Origin: Lingula anatina
Taxonomy: Eukaryota > Animalia > Brachiopoda
Direction of reading: 5' to 3'
NCBI GenBank assembly: GCA_051362555.1
Contig: CM120640.1
Span: 38,728,788 to 38,792,787 of the forward strand
DNA: 64,000 nucleotides
Shown: in pieces, positions 14,401 through 25,997 of the stretch
How the letters are laid out: each line of letters starts with the position of its first letter
How positions within the stretch are numbered: the stretch's first letter is position 1
Translations under genes and position numbers: made by a program
The notes under the pieces: model-generated
Told to the model about the DNA's origin: nothing
Databases searched by the model: none
What the model saw: the letters and a program-made list of their open reading frames with translations, nothing else

Positions 14401-17400
14401 TTAATTATTCAATTAATTACACAAAGTCATGTGAGAAATTAGAGCAGCAAGCTGTTGATCATACCTTAGGGTTGACTTTGACATTTTTAAAGGCTACAGT
14501 CCTCAGGTGGTCATGGAGCTCTGCGTCTACATTCAACAGAGTGTCCATAACTTTTTCAGCCACAGCGAACACTTCAGGCCACTTTGGGAAGCACGACTGA
14601 CTGAACAGATCTAAGTACATGGCCAGTTCGTAGATGTGTTCTGCTAATACTGAAAGTGAAGCAAAATTGTCCATTACAAAGAATTTGGCATCTTAGAAAG
14701 GCTATTTAACAGTAAAATGAATCTATAAATAAAATTTACTAATTTTATTTAAGTTAAGCTTTTTTCAGTTTTAAAATATTTTAAAATTACTTTCTGCATT
14801 TTGCATTAAATATAACAAGACAGTGATAATACTGATTTCAATATTGTTATGATGCAAAAAGATATATAAAAAGTATATCTCCATACAGTTTCTCATATTG
14901 ATACTATAAAAAACCAAACAGGTGACAAGGAGTGAAGAGCAATAACAAACCTTGATGATTTTGCTCTCTAAATGCAATCTGCATTGGAAACAGCCAATGT
15001 ACAAGATACGGTTCATATCGTCTGTCATACACATATAGTACATTCAGACTGCGGGCAGATTCCTTCAAGTGGAGTTCATAATTAAATGGCATCATACTGG
15101 GTGTAGATTCATATATCTGCCAATAGAAATATATCACAATTATACCTATGCAAATGTGAGAGGACAGAAACCATAGAAAGGTAACAGAGATCCTTTCTGT
15201 TTTTTTCAATGTGTTTATAATACTTAAATCTTACTTTAAAACCTAATGTTTTTAAAACTAATATATCTAAGAATACAGAACAGTCAAAACATTTACAGAC
15301 AGTGTGACCTCCATACCTCAATGACAGCATTTTCTATCAGTCCATTAATTGGGGAATGTGTGGCCCTTTTGATGCGGAGCTCACCAACGCCTCTGGCAAC
15401 TGCTTTACCAAAGCGCTCTCTCACAATCTTCTCAACATTCCTGAATAATAACATTGATCATAAATCATAGTCAAGCAAACTTTTAAGTTTTAGAAATAAT
15501 AAAATAGATATTTTAATATATTTTCAAAATGCCCCTCTCACCTCAGACACACACACATGTACATTTTTATGGAACCATTTTTAAACAATTCCCTTTTGAA
15601 AAATGCTGCTATCTCCTGCAACACTTACAAATCCTTCATTTTCTGTCTTTCGGCTCTGAAAAGCACATCTATCCACATGTAACTGCGCAGTCCACCAGGC
15701 AACTGGCGGCCATGTAGTCTGCGAGACACCTCTTCAAACCTGCGGGGGTCTCTCTTCAGTGTGGCAATCAGAGCAGTGCCCATCAGGTCACTCTGTGGTC
15801 CCCAGAATGTAGGAGGCTCCCCAGAGACTTTGTGCAGATTAGCTGAAATAAAATAAAATAAAATAAAATAAAATAAAATAAAATAAAATAAAATAAAATG
15901 AATAAAGCATATGAAATATTCTGCACTGTTATTATTTTTGGTCCCCAGAATGTAGGAGGCTCCCTAGAGACTTTGTGCCGATTAGTTGGAATCAAATATA
16001 ACTGAATAAAGTATCTGAAATATTCTATAATGTTATTACTTTTGTTCCCCAGAATGTAGGAGGCTCCCTAGATACCTTGTGCAGAATAGCTGGGATCAAA
16101 TGTAAATGAATAAAGCATCTGAAATGTTCTTTATTGTTATTATTTTTGGTCCCCAGAATGTAAGAGGCTTCCTAGGGACTTTGTGCCGATTAGTTGGAAT
16201 CAAATATAACTGAATAAAGTATCTGAAATATTCTATAATGTTATTACTTTTGTTCCCCAGAATGTAGGAGGCTCCCTAGATACCTTGTGCAGAATAGCTG
16301 GGATCAAATGTAAATGAATAATTGAAACCATCTGAAATGTTCTTTATTGATATCACTTTTGGTGAAATAAATTCCAGCAAACAGCCACTAAATTATTGCA
16401 GAAAGAATACTCCTTTGCATTCCAGTTATAAAAATTTCACATATATACATAAGATATAAGAACAATCTCTAATGCTGTATAAGGCAAATGTTCTTTGTAA
16501 TTTGCATAAGAACAATACTTCATAAAATGGACTGATAGATTGATTTATTAAATGAAAGTACACACTCAACACATTTAAAATTCAGACAAATATAACTTCA
16601 ATTCTAAACCACATTTGGTCAAGGCATACACTTACCCTTAATATTTGATGTAGATGGCTTCTCTGAATGAATTGTACTATCACTGTTTGCACTCAGAGGG
16701 TGAAACAAGCTGGAGACTTTGGATGGCAAGGTATTAGCAGGTGCTTGGGCTTTCTTCTGGGTAAGGTCGTCAAGCTTCTTTTGCTGGGGTAGAAGGAAAG
16801 GGTAAGATAATCTTGTCATATTAACTTTTTCATCTCTATATGTTTCATTACATTCTGCAGATTTTAATTATCTATTCTAATAATTTCAGATGCTGTTCTG
16901 TGCACCTAGTTTATAACAGGTCTTTAACTTGAGTGTTTTTGCGTTAGCAACCCAGTAATAACTTCAATAACATTTACACTCAATAATTATCATAGTTACC
17001 ATCAACTGTAATTAAGAATATTTAACATGTTCAGTTCAAATGACTATTTCAGTATAATTTAATAATAAAGTCAACTAAAAATAACTTTAATAATAAAGTT
17101 AAAAAGCAAATTAAGCCATTTATGTGTGAATACAAGTAAAGATGATGCATATAATGTTTCATACTGTGAGTTCTTTCTCCTGTAGGTACATCTCCCTCTC
17201 CAGGCCTTTGCTGAACAACTGGTAAGTATGTGTGAGAAACTCAATCATCTCAGGACAGGGCTCCTCTCTGGAAGAACAAATAATAATATACAGTAGAGCA
17301 CATATTGGTAAAATGGAAAATGTGTTCATAATATCCATTAAGAAAGTACTGCTACACAAGAACCACGTATGGGTTTTTACAGCAAAACAGCAAGTGCCAT

Positions 17401-18738
17401 CTCCCTTATTAAATATTTAAGAAGCAGCAGCACACATAGCTTTCAAATTCATCCTCGACCGAAGTAATAAATTTTATTAACAATTTTTAATTGTTGATTT
17501 TTTTAATTATATACAGTATCTAATATAAATGCCATATATTTGCATTATAAATTTATATCCAGCTTACTCTGCCTCCTCCCCAGCTCTGGGTCTATGGCAT
17601 CGAGTCTCGCTGGCTGTTTTCTTCAGCTGATTTTGAAGCCAGGATTGGGCCTCTTTCTGCAGTTTATCTCTCTCATGCTTGGACATTGCAGGTGGATCCT
17701 AGAAATTCAGGAAACACCCTTAACCAATTCTTAATTAACAGAATGTTGGGAATTTCTTATTGAAGTGCAATATAAAATCAATGCCGTATACTTTTAATAA
17801 CTGTGGTGATTTTACGTATTATAATAATTCAGTTAATTAAATCAATTTGGAATACATAATTATCTACAGTTTAGTATAGTAATTATTTAAAAAAAAACAA
17901 CAACAACCTTGTTCACATCTTTACATCCTATAAATCATAAAAAATAATGATGAAAATAACAACAGAACGATATTTAGTTTTAATCTTTTCATTGGAACCT
18001 AAACCTTAGATGTTACAATGAAAAGATTAATACTAAAATCTACTCCAATTCAAATTTACCAAAACTGCAGCATCTTGTTCATAGTCTGGGAAATGCTTCT
18101 GGACAAATTCTGGTCCAAGCAGTTGAAAAATCATCTCCCTTCTATCAGCATGGTCAATTTGTCTCAGAATTTTGTCTGCAAGCCCTTTATTTAACAGCTC
18201 CTCGACCTGTCAATATTTTTAAAAAAATTATAATTTATGATGTGCTTTCACAGAAACAGTTAACTGGATAAAAGTAAAAGTTAAGGATCTCAAAACAAAA
18301 GTAAAAATTACTTCTCGTGTTTGTCAAAGACAATTATTTTGAAGTTTCCATGACCATCGCTTTTAAAATACATTTCAGTCATACACCTTTCAACATAGTC
18401 TCCAATGCTGACCACTGGATCTATGACAAAAGCCAGTAAAATTGGTGCTGTCGCAAAAATTTGTTCATTTATTCAGTTACTGACAACTGTTTCTGCTTTG
18501 GGCCAGTAGATTCATAGACCCTGGTTCACAGAAGGGTCAGAAATCTTTTTGGTACACACTGCAACACACATCATTTTAATACTTAAAATATTATATTTAC
18601 TTATCACAAAATTGACAAAAACTGTACTATTACCTTCATCCAAGGTGAGTTTGTCAAAAGAGTCTCTTGATAGCTAGAATCCATCCACTGGAGACCAAAT
18701 GGCTTGCCAGTGTCTCTGGCCTCAGATTTGGCATACAT
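2745..18738 (-). CDS. Uncharacterised ~28-exon protein: N-terminal helical region, degenerate Rab-GAP TBC-like domain and C-terminal C2-like beta domains
   Basis: A chain of GT-AG exons with phases matching at the junctions checked, approximately 18634-18738, 18385-18420, 18060-18206, 17568-17698, 17165-17267, 16636-16784, 15629-15842, 15317-15440, 14951-15115, 14465-14640, 14051-14193, 13679-13840, 13300-13415, 12785-12928, 12296-12575, 11871-12057, 11559-11650, 10836-11023, 10390-10628, 10008-10160, 9512-9685, 9134-9299, 8690-8851, 5359-5534, 3932-4048, 3670-3740, 3156-3359 and 2745-2783 (ends ENTLMGAGYGPL*). TBC-like motifs are LPGGLRSYMW, LLNVDAELHDHL and FLRKWIGE..VLLIWDQCFMQGW..LALLLLLKHKFM. 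C2-like strands are SLGWSRIPLF, FTLFIDGVNFIPDN and LGWSVVQLF. Confidence 0.8.
5638..8519 (-). mobile_element. Non-autonomous Helentron-associated element (HINE/DINE-1-like), tandem composite, intronic
   Basis: The 5' end (minus strand) has a 14-bp-arm palindrome tatgtacagacaca-tc-tgtgtctgtacata (8486-8515) and a (GCCGAT)/(GTC)-type microsatellite at ~8413-8470. Internally there are ~160-bp and ~400-bp tandem repeats. The 3' end has subTIR tgtacagaca (5661-5670) and terminal hairpin GGCAGC-AAA-GCTGTC (5643-5657). It is homologous to 57327-58650. Confidence 0.85.
11329..11418. repeat. (TA)n microsatellite, preceded by a poly-A run at ~11253-11288
   Basis: Visible directly; it generates the spurious YIYIYI ORFs in the track. 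Confidence 0.98.
15797..16365 (-). repeat. Tandem array (~104-bp monomer, ~208-bp ABAB dimer) made of a duplicated splice acceptor plus exon start, with an (AAAAT)n tract at ~15846-15899
   Basis: ccccagaatgtaggaggctccc-like motif at ~15800, 15943, 16047, 16151 and 16255. The first copy is the real exon start. Confidence 0.9.
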
Positions 18739-19037
18739 TTCTTATTCTCAAAGGGAATTGTGCTTTATATCAATCCATTAATAATCTCTCCCTCCTTTGA
18801 ATAAAACTATATGAGATCAATCATGAGGTCATGGTAAAAAATATCACAGGTGAAATTAAAAAAAGATCATGCTCTTATATATGTATATATAGATCACATG
18901 GCTGAGTTTTTCAGATACAACTGTTTTTGATTTGTTTTTGGATATATAGGCTGGTCAGTTCTCTATAGTGTCTTTCATGAGTCACATTTTGAACTCCAAT
19001 TTTTTTTCTCAAAATATCAGAGACCAGGCAATATTTC

Positions 19038-20751
19038 TCATTTCTTAGCTATAGCAGGCTGAAGAACAGGCTGTTTGTCTCCATAGCAATGTTTGTTCTT
19101 GGGGTCTCTGTAAGAGTTCTCATGCTGCACACTCTGAAATTTTAACAGAAAAACTTATATAATGAACTGAATAAAAGTTCTATTACCTTCGCTTGCAATG
19201 CAGGGAGTAGCATGGAAATAAATGACAGCAAAAATATATATAATGACACTTCTGCCTATGTTTTAAAAGTACTAATTCAAATGTAAATTGATGATGAAAG
19301 TGTAATTTGATATTATTTGTCTACCATGATTATGATCAACATATAACTGTAATGTAAAATATTTACTTATTAAAATTTAGACAACTGGAATGTCTTCTCT
19401 ATCTCTTTACCTGTGAGTTAGTTCTGCACTTGGTGAGGCAAAGTTCAAAATGGTCTGTGATTGAGGCATAAATTTGACTAAAGCTGGAGTCCACTGCTTC
19501 ACTTAATATCTTCCGTAGTAGCTGTTGCTGGAATCAAAAATCAAAGGCATTAATATAATAAGAATACATCAGACAAATCGCATCCTCCTGTATAATTTCT
19601 TATAGTTGCATATGCTATAAAATAAAGGATATATTTAAAAAAAAGGCCTTCATGAATTCCCAAACTATTGACTGCATCTACTTGTGAAAATATATCATCC
19701 ATTCATTTCTATTAGAGAAACGTGCATCTGATTCAAAAAATTCTAAAATTTCTGATACCATATTTTATTCATAAAAATGCCTTCTCAATAAATACTAATC
19801 CCAAAATGTTTTATACCTTTTCAGGATGCAAGCAACAAGACACGCAGTACTCATAAAGAGCACAGCAGCCCCCCTCAGTGCAGGTTTCACAGGTGTAGTG
19901 TTTTGTAGATCTGCTCAGAGTATCACAACAAGATCCTGGCAACAGGTCAGATCTATCACACACATATCCTGGAACCAATAACAGTTTATACAAAATGATG
20001 ATAATATATTGATATTTTTTGTGTTCAAAGTAACTATAATTACCTCATAAATCTTTGTTGGTTTATGTGCATTTATCAACTACTGAATGAAATGTGTTAT
20101 TCTCAGGTGCAAATTAAAATAAATATTAATCTCAAGATTTGAAAGTTTAATTCTATGTTGTCCACAACTCCTCAAACACGTACAAAAAATTCCTCCTAAA
20201 TATAGCCCTAAAAGTTTTTAACTTAATGAAAGTCATACCTCTGTCATCAGCCACTAAAAGTTTCCCCTGAACTGAATTTCTGCAAGTTTTTATTTTGCTT
20301 GCATTTGCACTTTCAAATTTGGGCTGCCACTTGAACTGTTCAGGAGCTACACGTAGGGGTTTCCTAAGCCGATATTCTTCTTGAGTTGAAAAGTCTTTTG
20401 GATGCTGCAAATAAACCAAGAATAAGTTGAGTATGACAAGCCTTATGAACCGACCATGGCTCGAAGAGGATGAGTAAGTAAGTAAATTGCGTTTTTAGTT
20501 TATTTAAGTATTTGAGAAATTTTTACAAGGTTGATAATACCTCCTTTACACGGGCGCCTTTAGCTTTAGACTAGTACACAGGCTTTCTCAATAGCGCGAA
20601 AACCGACCAAAAATAAAATATTTTATCATCGTAACTTGTTAATGGACGAGCATTTTACCTGCTTGTATATATTAGCCAGGAAATACAGAACCGACAAGCC
20701 AAATACCACAGCTAGAAACCATCTTCTTCGGAATGTTCTTGAGTTAAACAT
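19038..20751 (-). CDS. SPRING1: SREBP pathway regulator in Golgi 1 (SPRING1/C12orf49, UPF0454), 5 coding exons
   Basis: Exons 20659-20751 (MFNSRTFRRRWFLAVVFGLSVLYFLANIYKQ, type II TM), ~20239-20405 (CRNSVQGKLLVADDRG), ~19816-19969 (YVCDRSDLLPGSCC...CCALYEYCVSCCLHPEK), ~19411-19527 (DHFELCLTKCRTNSQ) and 19038-19133 (SVQHENSYRDPKNKHCYG...*). These are signature motifs of the family. Confidence 0.95.
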
Positions 20752-21080
20752 TGAGCCGACATTTCACGGACTCGCAGGGCTGTGTTGTGCTTATAAACAA
20801 AGTAAACATGACAAGGGAATTCTTTAGTTTCGGAAATATTTAATAAATTGGAGGTCTACGAAACACCTTTAATTTAGTAAAATAGGTATTCTCAATAAAA
20901 TATATATTATTTTTGTAACAATTTCAACAAAAGTATCTGTAAAAAGTCGTGCATATTGTACTAAGTAATACGAAACTAATTCTACGGTTGATTCTTAACT
21001 GGGGAATTTGGAAATCGTGATGTACAAGTGTAGTGATGATGTGGTTCAACTTATGATTCTTCGATGATTAATTCACTGTA
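20752..21080. promoter_or_regulatory. Short, locally CpG-richer bidirectional promoter shared by SPRING1 and RNFT
   Basis: Divergent genes with ATGs 691 bp apart (20751 and 21442). A probable non-coding RNFT first exon ends at donor AAG|gtaacc (~21081). CpGs are more frequent at 20430-21330 than in the flanking gene bodies. Forkhead-like GTAAACA at 20802. Confidence 0.6.
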
Positions 21081-21441
21081 AGGTAACCATATGGTATTGA
21101 TAGTATAAACATATTTAAGCAGTTGAATATTATAAGTGCCATTTCATTAGGTAAATAAAACAGACGCCTACTCTTGCCCTTGATACAAAGTCAAAACTTA
21201 CTTTCGACAGTACTAGGTTTATCGATAACTGGTGTTAAAATTAATCTTAGACTGATAAAGTCCAAAGTTTTATACATGAAATGCATCGTAATCAAGGACT
21301 TAACACACCAGGAATCTGTCGAATATTTCATACAAGTGGATTTTAGCTGTAAAAGTATGTATTTTTTAACTTGTATCAACAGAAACTGGGTAAACTTACA
21401 TCATGACTTATTACTTTCAGTTTCAGCCAGCAAATAAGAAG

Positions 21442-22414
21442 ATGGCAGAAGGGAGGCAACCACCAACAAGGACATTTTCATGGAGCTTGGATAACATGCC
21501 TGTCAACATGCCCAGTATAAACGCTCAGGCTAGACTGCCAGGAAATATTGGGAATGTTTTGAGGGAGCTGGTCCCTGGCCTAGAAGGGCGGCCGTCATCA
21601 ACTCCAAACCCGTACCTGCAGGCACAAGCTCAAAGAGCAGCTGATATGTCAAATGAAGCCCCAGCTTCTTCTTTTGTAATAAATATTGGACAAGACGGTC
21701 AGGTTCAGAGAGATGGTATTTTGAATGTTGAACAGTCTGTGCATTCCGCTGAACCACAGTTAATAGGTGGTGGTCAGCTGGAAGGAGGACATTCTCCTGA
21801 ACCCAATAATACTGCTGCTGAAGACGGTGGTCAGGAGGGTCAGCATGGCCATACACATGATACTGACAACAGAATGGACTGGAGACAGGGAAAGAAATGG
21901 CTTGAAAGAAGTCTGATTTTCATTTTGTTGATGCTGTTGAAAGTGACATATAATCATCGCCTGGGTAAGCATTGGCACTGACGGTGCCTATGAATCTATA
22001 GACCAGGGTTTTAGGTATAATTTTTCAATATATAACAATATACAATATATAAACAGAGTCATATAGCTGTGGATGATGTTTTAAATGATCTATGATAACT
22101 GAAAAAAAGCGGAATGAAATTATGATCATCATTATGATCGAATTTGTTTTATTCCCACTAGAAAGAAATTTTGTAGAGAATCTGTCATTTCATATCAGAA
22201 ACATTAAGGAAATTGTAGAATTAAGTGCTTTTATGTAGAATTGTAAAGTACATTGTTTAATTGCACATGCAATATATATTAAGCCCTATATATGATTATT
22301 TAATAAATCTATCATTAATATCTTTACAGGGTTGCTTGTTTTTGTTGGGTTGTTTGGGACATATTACCATGCAAATACAACTGTTAAAAAGCATATTGCA
22401 CAACAAAGGGTAAG

Positions 22415-22462
<48 letters not shown>

Positions 22463-24312
22463 CTTTTCATTAATGAGTCAAAAGAACCATTCTTGGAGGT
22501 TGATCAATTTTTTTTTTTTTTTCTGAAGTACTGTTCATTTGCCTGAAAAAAAAATACACAATGGAAATATATTTGAACTTATTTCAGGATCACCATAATT
22601 CTGCCCGGTCACTGCTGTTGTTGAGTTGGATAGTGATTTTCTTATGTGGAAATATTGCTCTTGTCTACTATGTATTTGAAGATCAGAAGCTTTGGTTAGC
22701 GTAAGTACTTTCCATAAATACTTCAAAATACTAAATTAATTCTTCTTACAACTTTTCATAAATTACATTAAATTACATAAATTATCATTAAAAAGTTAGA
22801 AGTACACACATTAGTTTTTGTCCTAAAATGTTTTTATAATACAATTACTTTTTTCTAAAAATGACATTATTTTTGAAAATTTTCAGTCTAATCTTTAACT
22901 TACCTAAAGTTGGCCGAATAGACTTCTGGACATTACTATGGGTTGTTGCCATCACAGACTACATTGTCAAATTCGCTTCTATCACTTTAAAGGCTCTTAT
23001 AGCCATGCTGCCTAGAACCTTTATACCTTATAAAAGAAGGGTGAGTTATGATCTTATTTCAAAGCAAAGCAGTTCATTGCCTTGTTATAATCATATTATG
23101 TATATATTATACCTTTTGCTTTCTCAAATTAAAAAAAATTATTTATTTATTTGTTTATTATTATTATTTTATTTTATTTTTTTTTTGTAAAATCTTAGGA
23201 TATAACAGTTATTAAAGGCAGTATTTGGTATAATTTCCATGATGCACTTAAGTAATTTAAGCATGAATTTTTTTCAAGGGCAAATATTATATGTTCATAG
23301 AAGAGGTGTCCCAGTGCTATCGTTGTGTTACTCCTATTGTGCCATGGGTTTATTTCCTCAAAGACACAGAACATGGGGGAGAATGGTTCTCTATGTTCCT
23401 GCTCATTGTATATTTTATTGCAAAAGTAAGTCTTGTGATTGACACTGTATATACTGCAGTATTTACAAAACAACTTTCGTTTTATAGTAAACTTTCATCT
23501 GCAATATAAGGTGTATTATTAGTTTTAAGATAATTTCTAATAGTGTCTTTAATTACTAATATAAATCATTATGCTGTATTTTCTCAACGATGATCATTTA
23601 AGGTAAATCTTGTTGTTTTATTCAGGGCATATTGAAAAGCTAAACATTAAGCTGTATGTTTATCTTTATCATTTTTGATTGTAGGCCAACCTCGTGTGGC
23701 AGAAGTCAAAAGATTTATATAAAGCCTGGAAAAAAGTCTGTACAGATGTGGTAAGTTGATGAACAAGTGTATGGTCTTAGGTATTTATTAGAAACCAGTA
23801 TCAGTATATGTGGATGTCTAAACAAGCTATTGCATATATTGGGACTGTGATATGTGTGTGTGTGTGTGTGTGTGTTTGTGTGTGTGTATTTTCTATCTTT
23901 TGAGAAAATGGGCATGTTAAGATATAATTGCTGTAGCACAATGTATATTCTGTCTTTTCCTTGATAATTAATTCAATCAGCTGCTAAGGTTAATTATTGC
24001 AATCCAGTTGGAAGTAGGTGCTTTAGGCTGTGTCACCAACTTCATTCCCATTTTCTGAAGGTGACTTGACAGAATTCAACATATCCTATCCAACCAAATT
24101 AACACTGCTGATGAATTTATGTACTGAACATTTTGTTTTGTTGCAGAATTATGGAATATCCCCAAGTAGAGAGGAGATGTCAGTGGCTGGAGGTGCATGT
24201 CCCATATGTCAAGATGACTACAGGGATCCAGTTATGCTGGCCTGCAAGGTAAGTGTTTCTACTCTGTTTAATGTGTGCTTTTAATTTGGACAGCATGTTT
24301 TTATTTTCCTGT

Positions 24313-24359
<47 letters not shown>

Positions 24360-24712
24360 GTGCATACTTACTGTTGAAGAATATTTAATGTTTAATTGTA
24401 AACTTTGTGCAACTTGTTTATTTTGTACAGTATAGATTTTTGTCAAAGTATTAATCAGTACGCACATGCACACACACAAACAAAATGAAAAATTGAAATA
24501 CATATACACTGACCTACAAAATATTGATAGTTTTCCACCACAGAAATGTATTTAATAATATTTTTCATTTCCTTTTACAGCACATTTTCTGTGAAGACTG
24601 TGTATCAATGTGGTTTGATCGTGAAAGAACATGTCCTATGTGTCGTGCCAACATCGTAGACAACCCTCTCTGGAGGGACGGAACCACTGTTGCTTCCATA
24701 ATATTTTGGTGA
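21442..24712 (+). CDS. RNFT2: RING finger and transmembrane domain-containing E3 ubiquitin ligase (RNFT1/RNFT2 family), 8 coding exons
   Basis: Exons ~21442-21964, 22331-22409, 22588-22700, 22888-23040, 23279-23425, 23685-23750, 24147-24248 and 24581-24712. TM segments include FWTLLWVVAITDYIVKFASITLKAL and GKYYMFIEEVSQCYR. The C3HC4 RING is [39 protein letters not shown], and the C-terminus is WRDGTT. Confidence 0.92.
22417..22459. repeat. (CT)n microsatellite in an RNFT intron
   Basis: Visible directly. Confidence 0.95.
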
Positions 24713-25794
24713 AGTCTCATTTTATCTCTTGATGTGAAGTGAAGAGGTATTTATGATTGCAAATATCACCAGCCAGACTCCCGAGCAGTTTCTGTTAAGA
24801 TGGCAACTGTCTAAAATGTGATTTTCAGCATTTAGTTCCACTTTTTTTTACTTCATTTTTCTAAAATGTATGTATAAATTTACTCTGCCAAATATTGGAT
24901 GTGCTGTGATGGAACAGAAAATAAATGAGATTTTGACATGCAGTTGGTTTAAAAGGCAGTCATTTAAAAGTCTTTCTAGTTATTTCTGTTAACTTCTTGG
25001 CCTGATAATGCATGTCTGTTGAGCTGTTTAAGAGTAATAAAAATCCACTGTAGATTAGAAAGCATGGAGATGGTGCAATAAAAGTTTCATTAAAATATCT
25101 TAGTAAGTGGTGTTTTTAAGCAACTGATATGTTTTGCATACTATCTAACAGAATATGAATACTGTGTTTGGTCCTAAAGTTTAATATGTTTATTTATTTA
25201 TTTATTTATTTATTTAGTTATTTCACAAAGTGGCTGATACTATATCATCACTTGAGGTAATACTTGAGAAGATAAATACAGCTGTTACTAGGTAGATATA
25301 ATGTGCTTTATTTAAAAGGGAGTACAGGTTGAAATTACATTTAACAGCAGGCAACTTGGTGTATGTTGAAACATGTATTAGTTGGATGTTTGTGTAGAAC
25401 CAAAAACAATGATATAGGTTATTATAATATGATTTACATATTATACATGTAGATTGAATTTAAATTTACATTCCATTAAAGTTCTTGGCATGTGTTATTG
25501 TTCCCAGAATTGAGAAAGCTTATGCCATTTAGAAAATATTTTTAGTCATATTATAGAAATCTTAAAAGTATGTCCGACTTGTTAACCACTCGTCATTCAT
25601 TACTTTATTGACTATTATGGAATTTTTATTTCTTTTAGTCAATTACAAATACAATACAATTCAGACAAAGGCAAAATTGAGTTCATCTTGATCTCACATG
25701 TTGAACTAGTTAGTACCTCTGATTTTAAGCTTTCCATGTTTCATAGTGCATTGACACATATATAAGTAAGTCCTAGGTTACCAGCTGACTCTTA

Positions 25795-25997
25795 GGGTGC
25801 ATTCACGATGAATCTATCATACTAGCTAGTGTGCACTAACTCCATGGGAACTCTTGCTGAATTCAATCAGATTAACAGGCTTTGAGTAGAATACAGAAAA
25901 GTTGGTGATTATACGAGTGTGTTGAAACAAGAGGAGATGTGTTAATTTGATGACATTCAGTACTTGCTAGTATGAGAGATTCATTGTGAATGTACCC
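25795..25997. mobile_element. PIF/Harbinger (Tourist-like) MITE, 203 bp
   Basis: TIRs gggtgcattcacgatgaatctatcatactagc / gctagtatgagagattcattgtgaatgtaccc (3 mismatches), flanked by a TTA target-site duplication on both sides. Confidence 0.85.
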
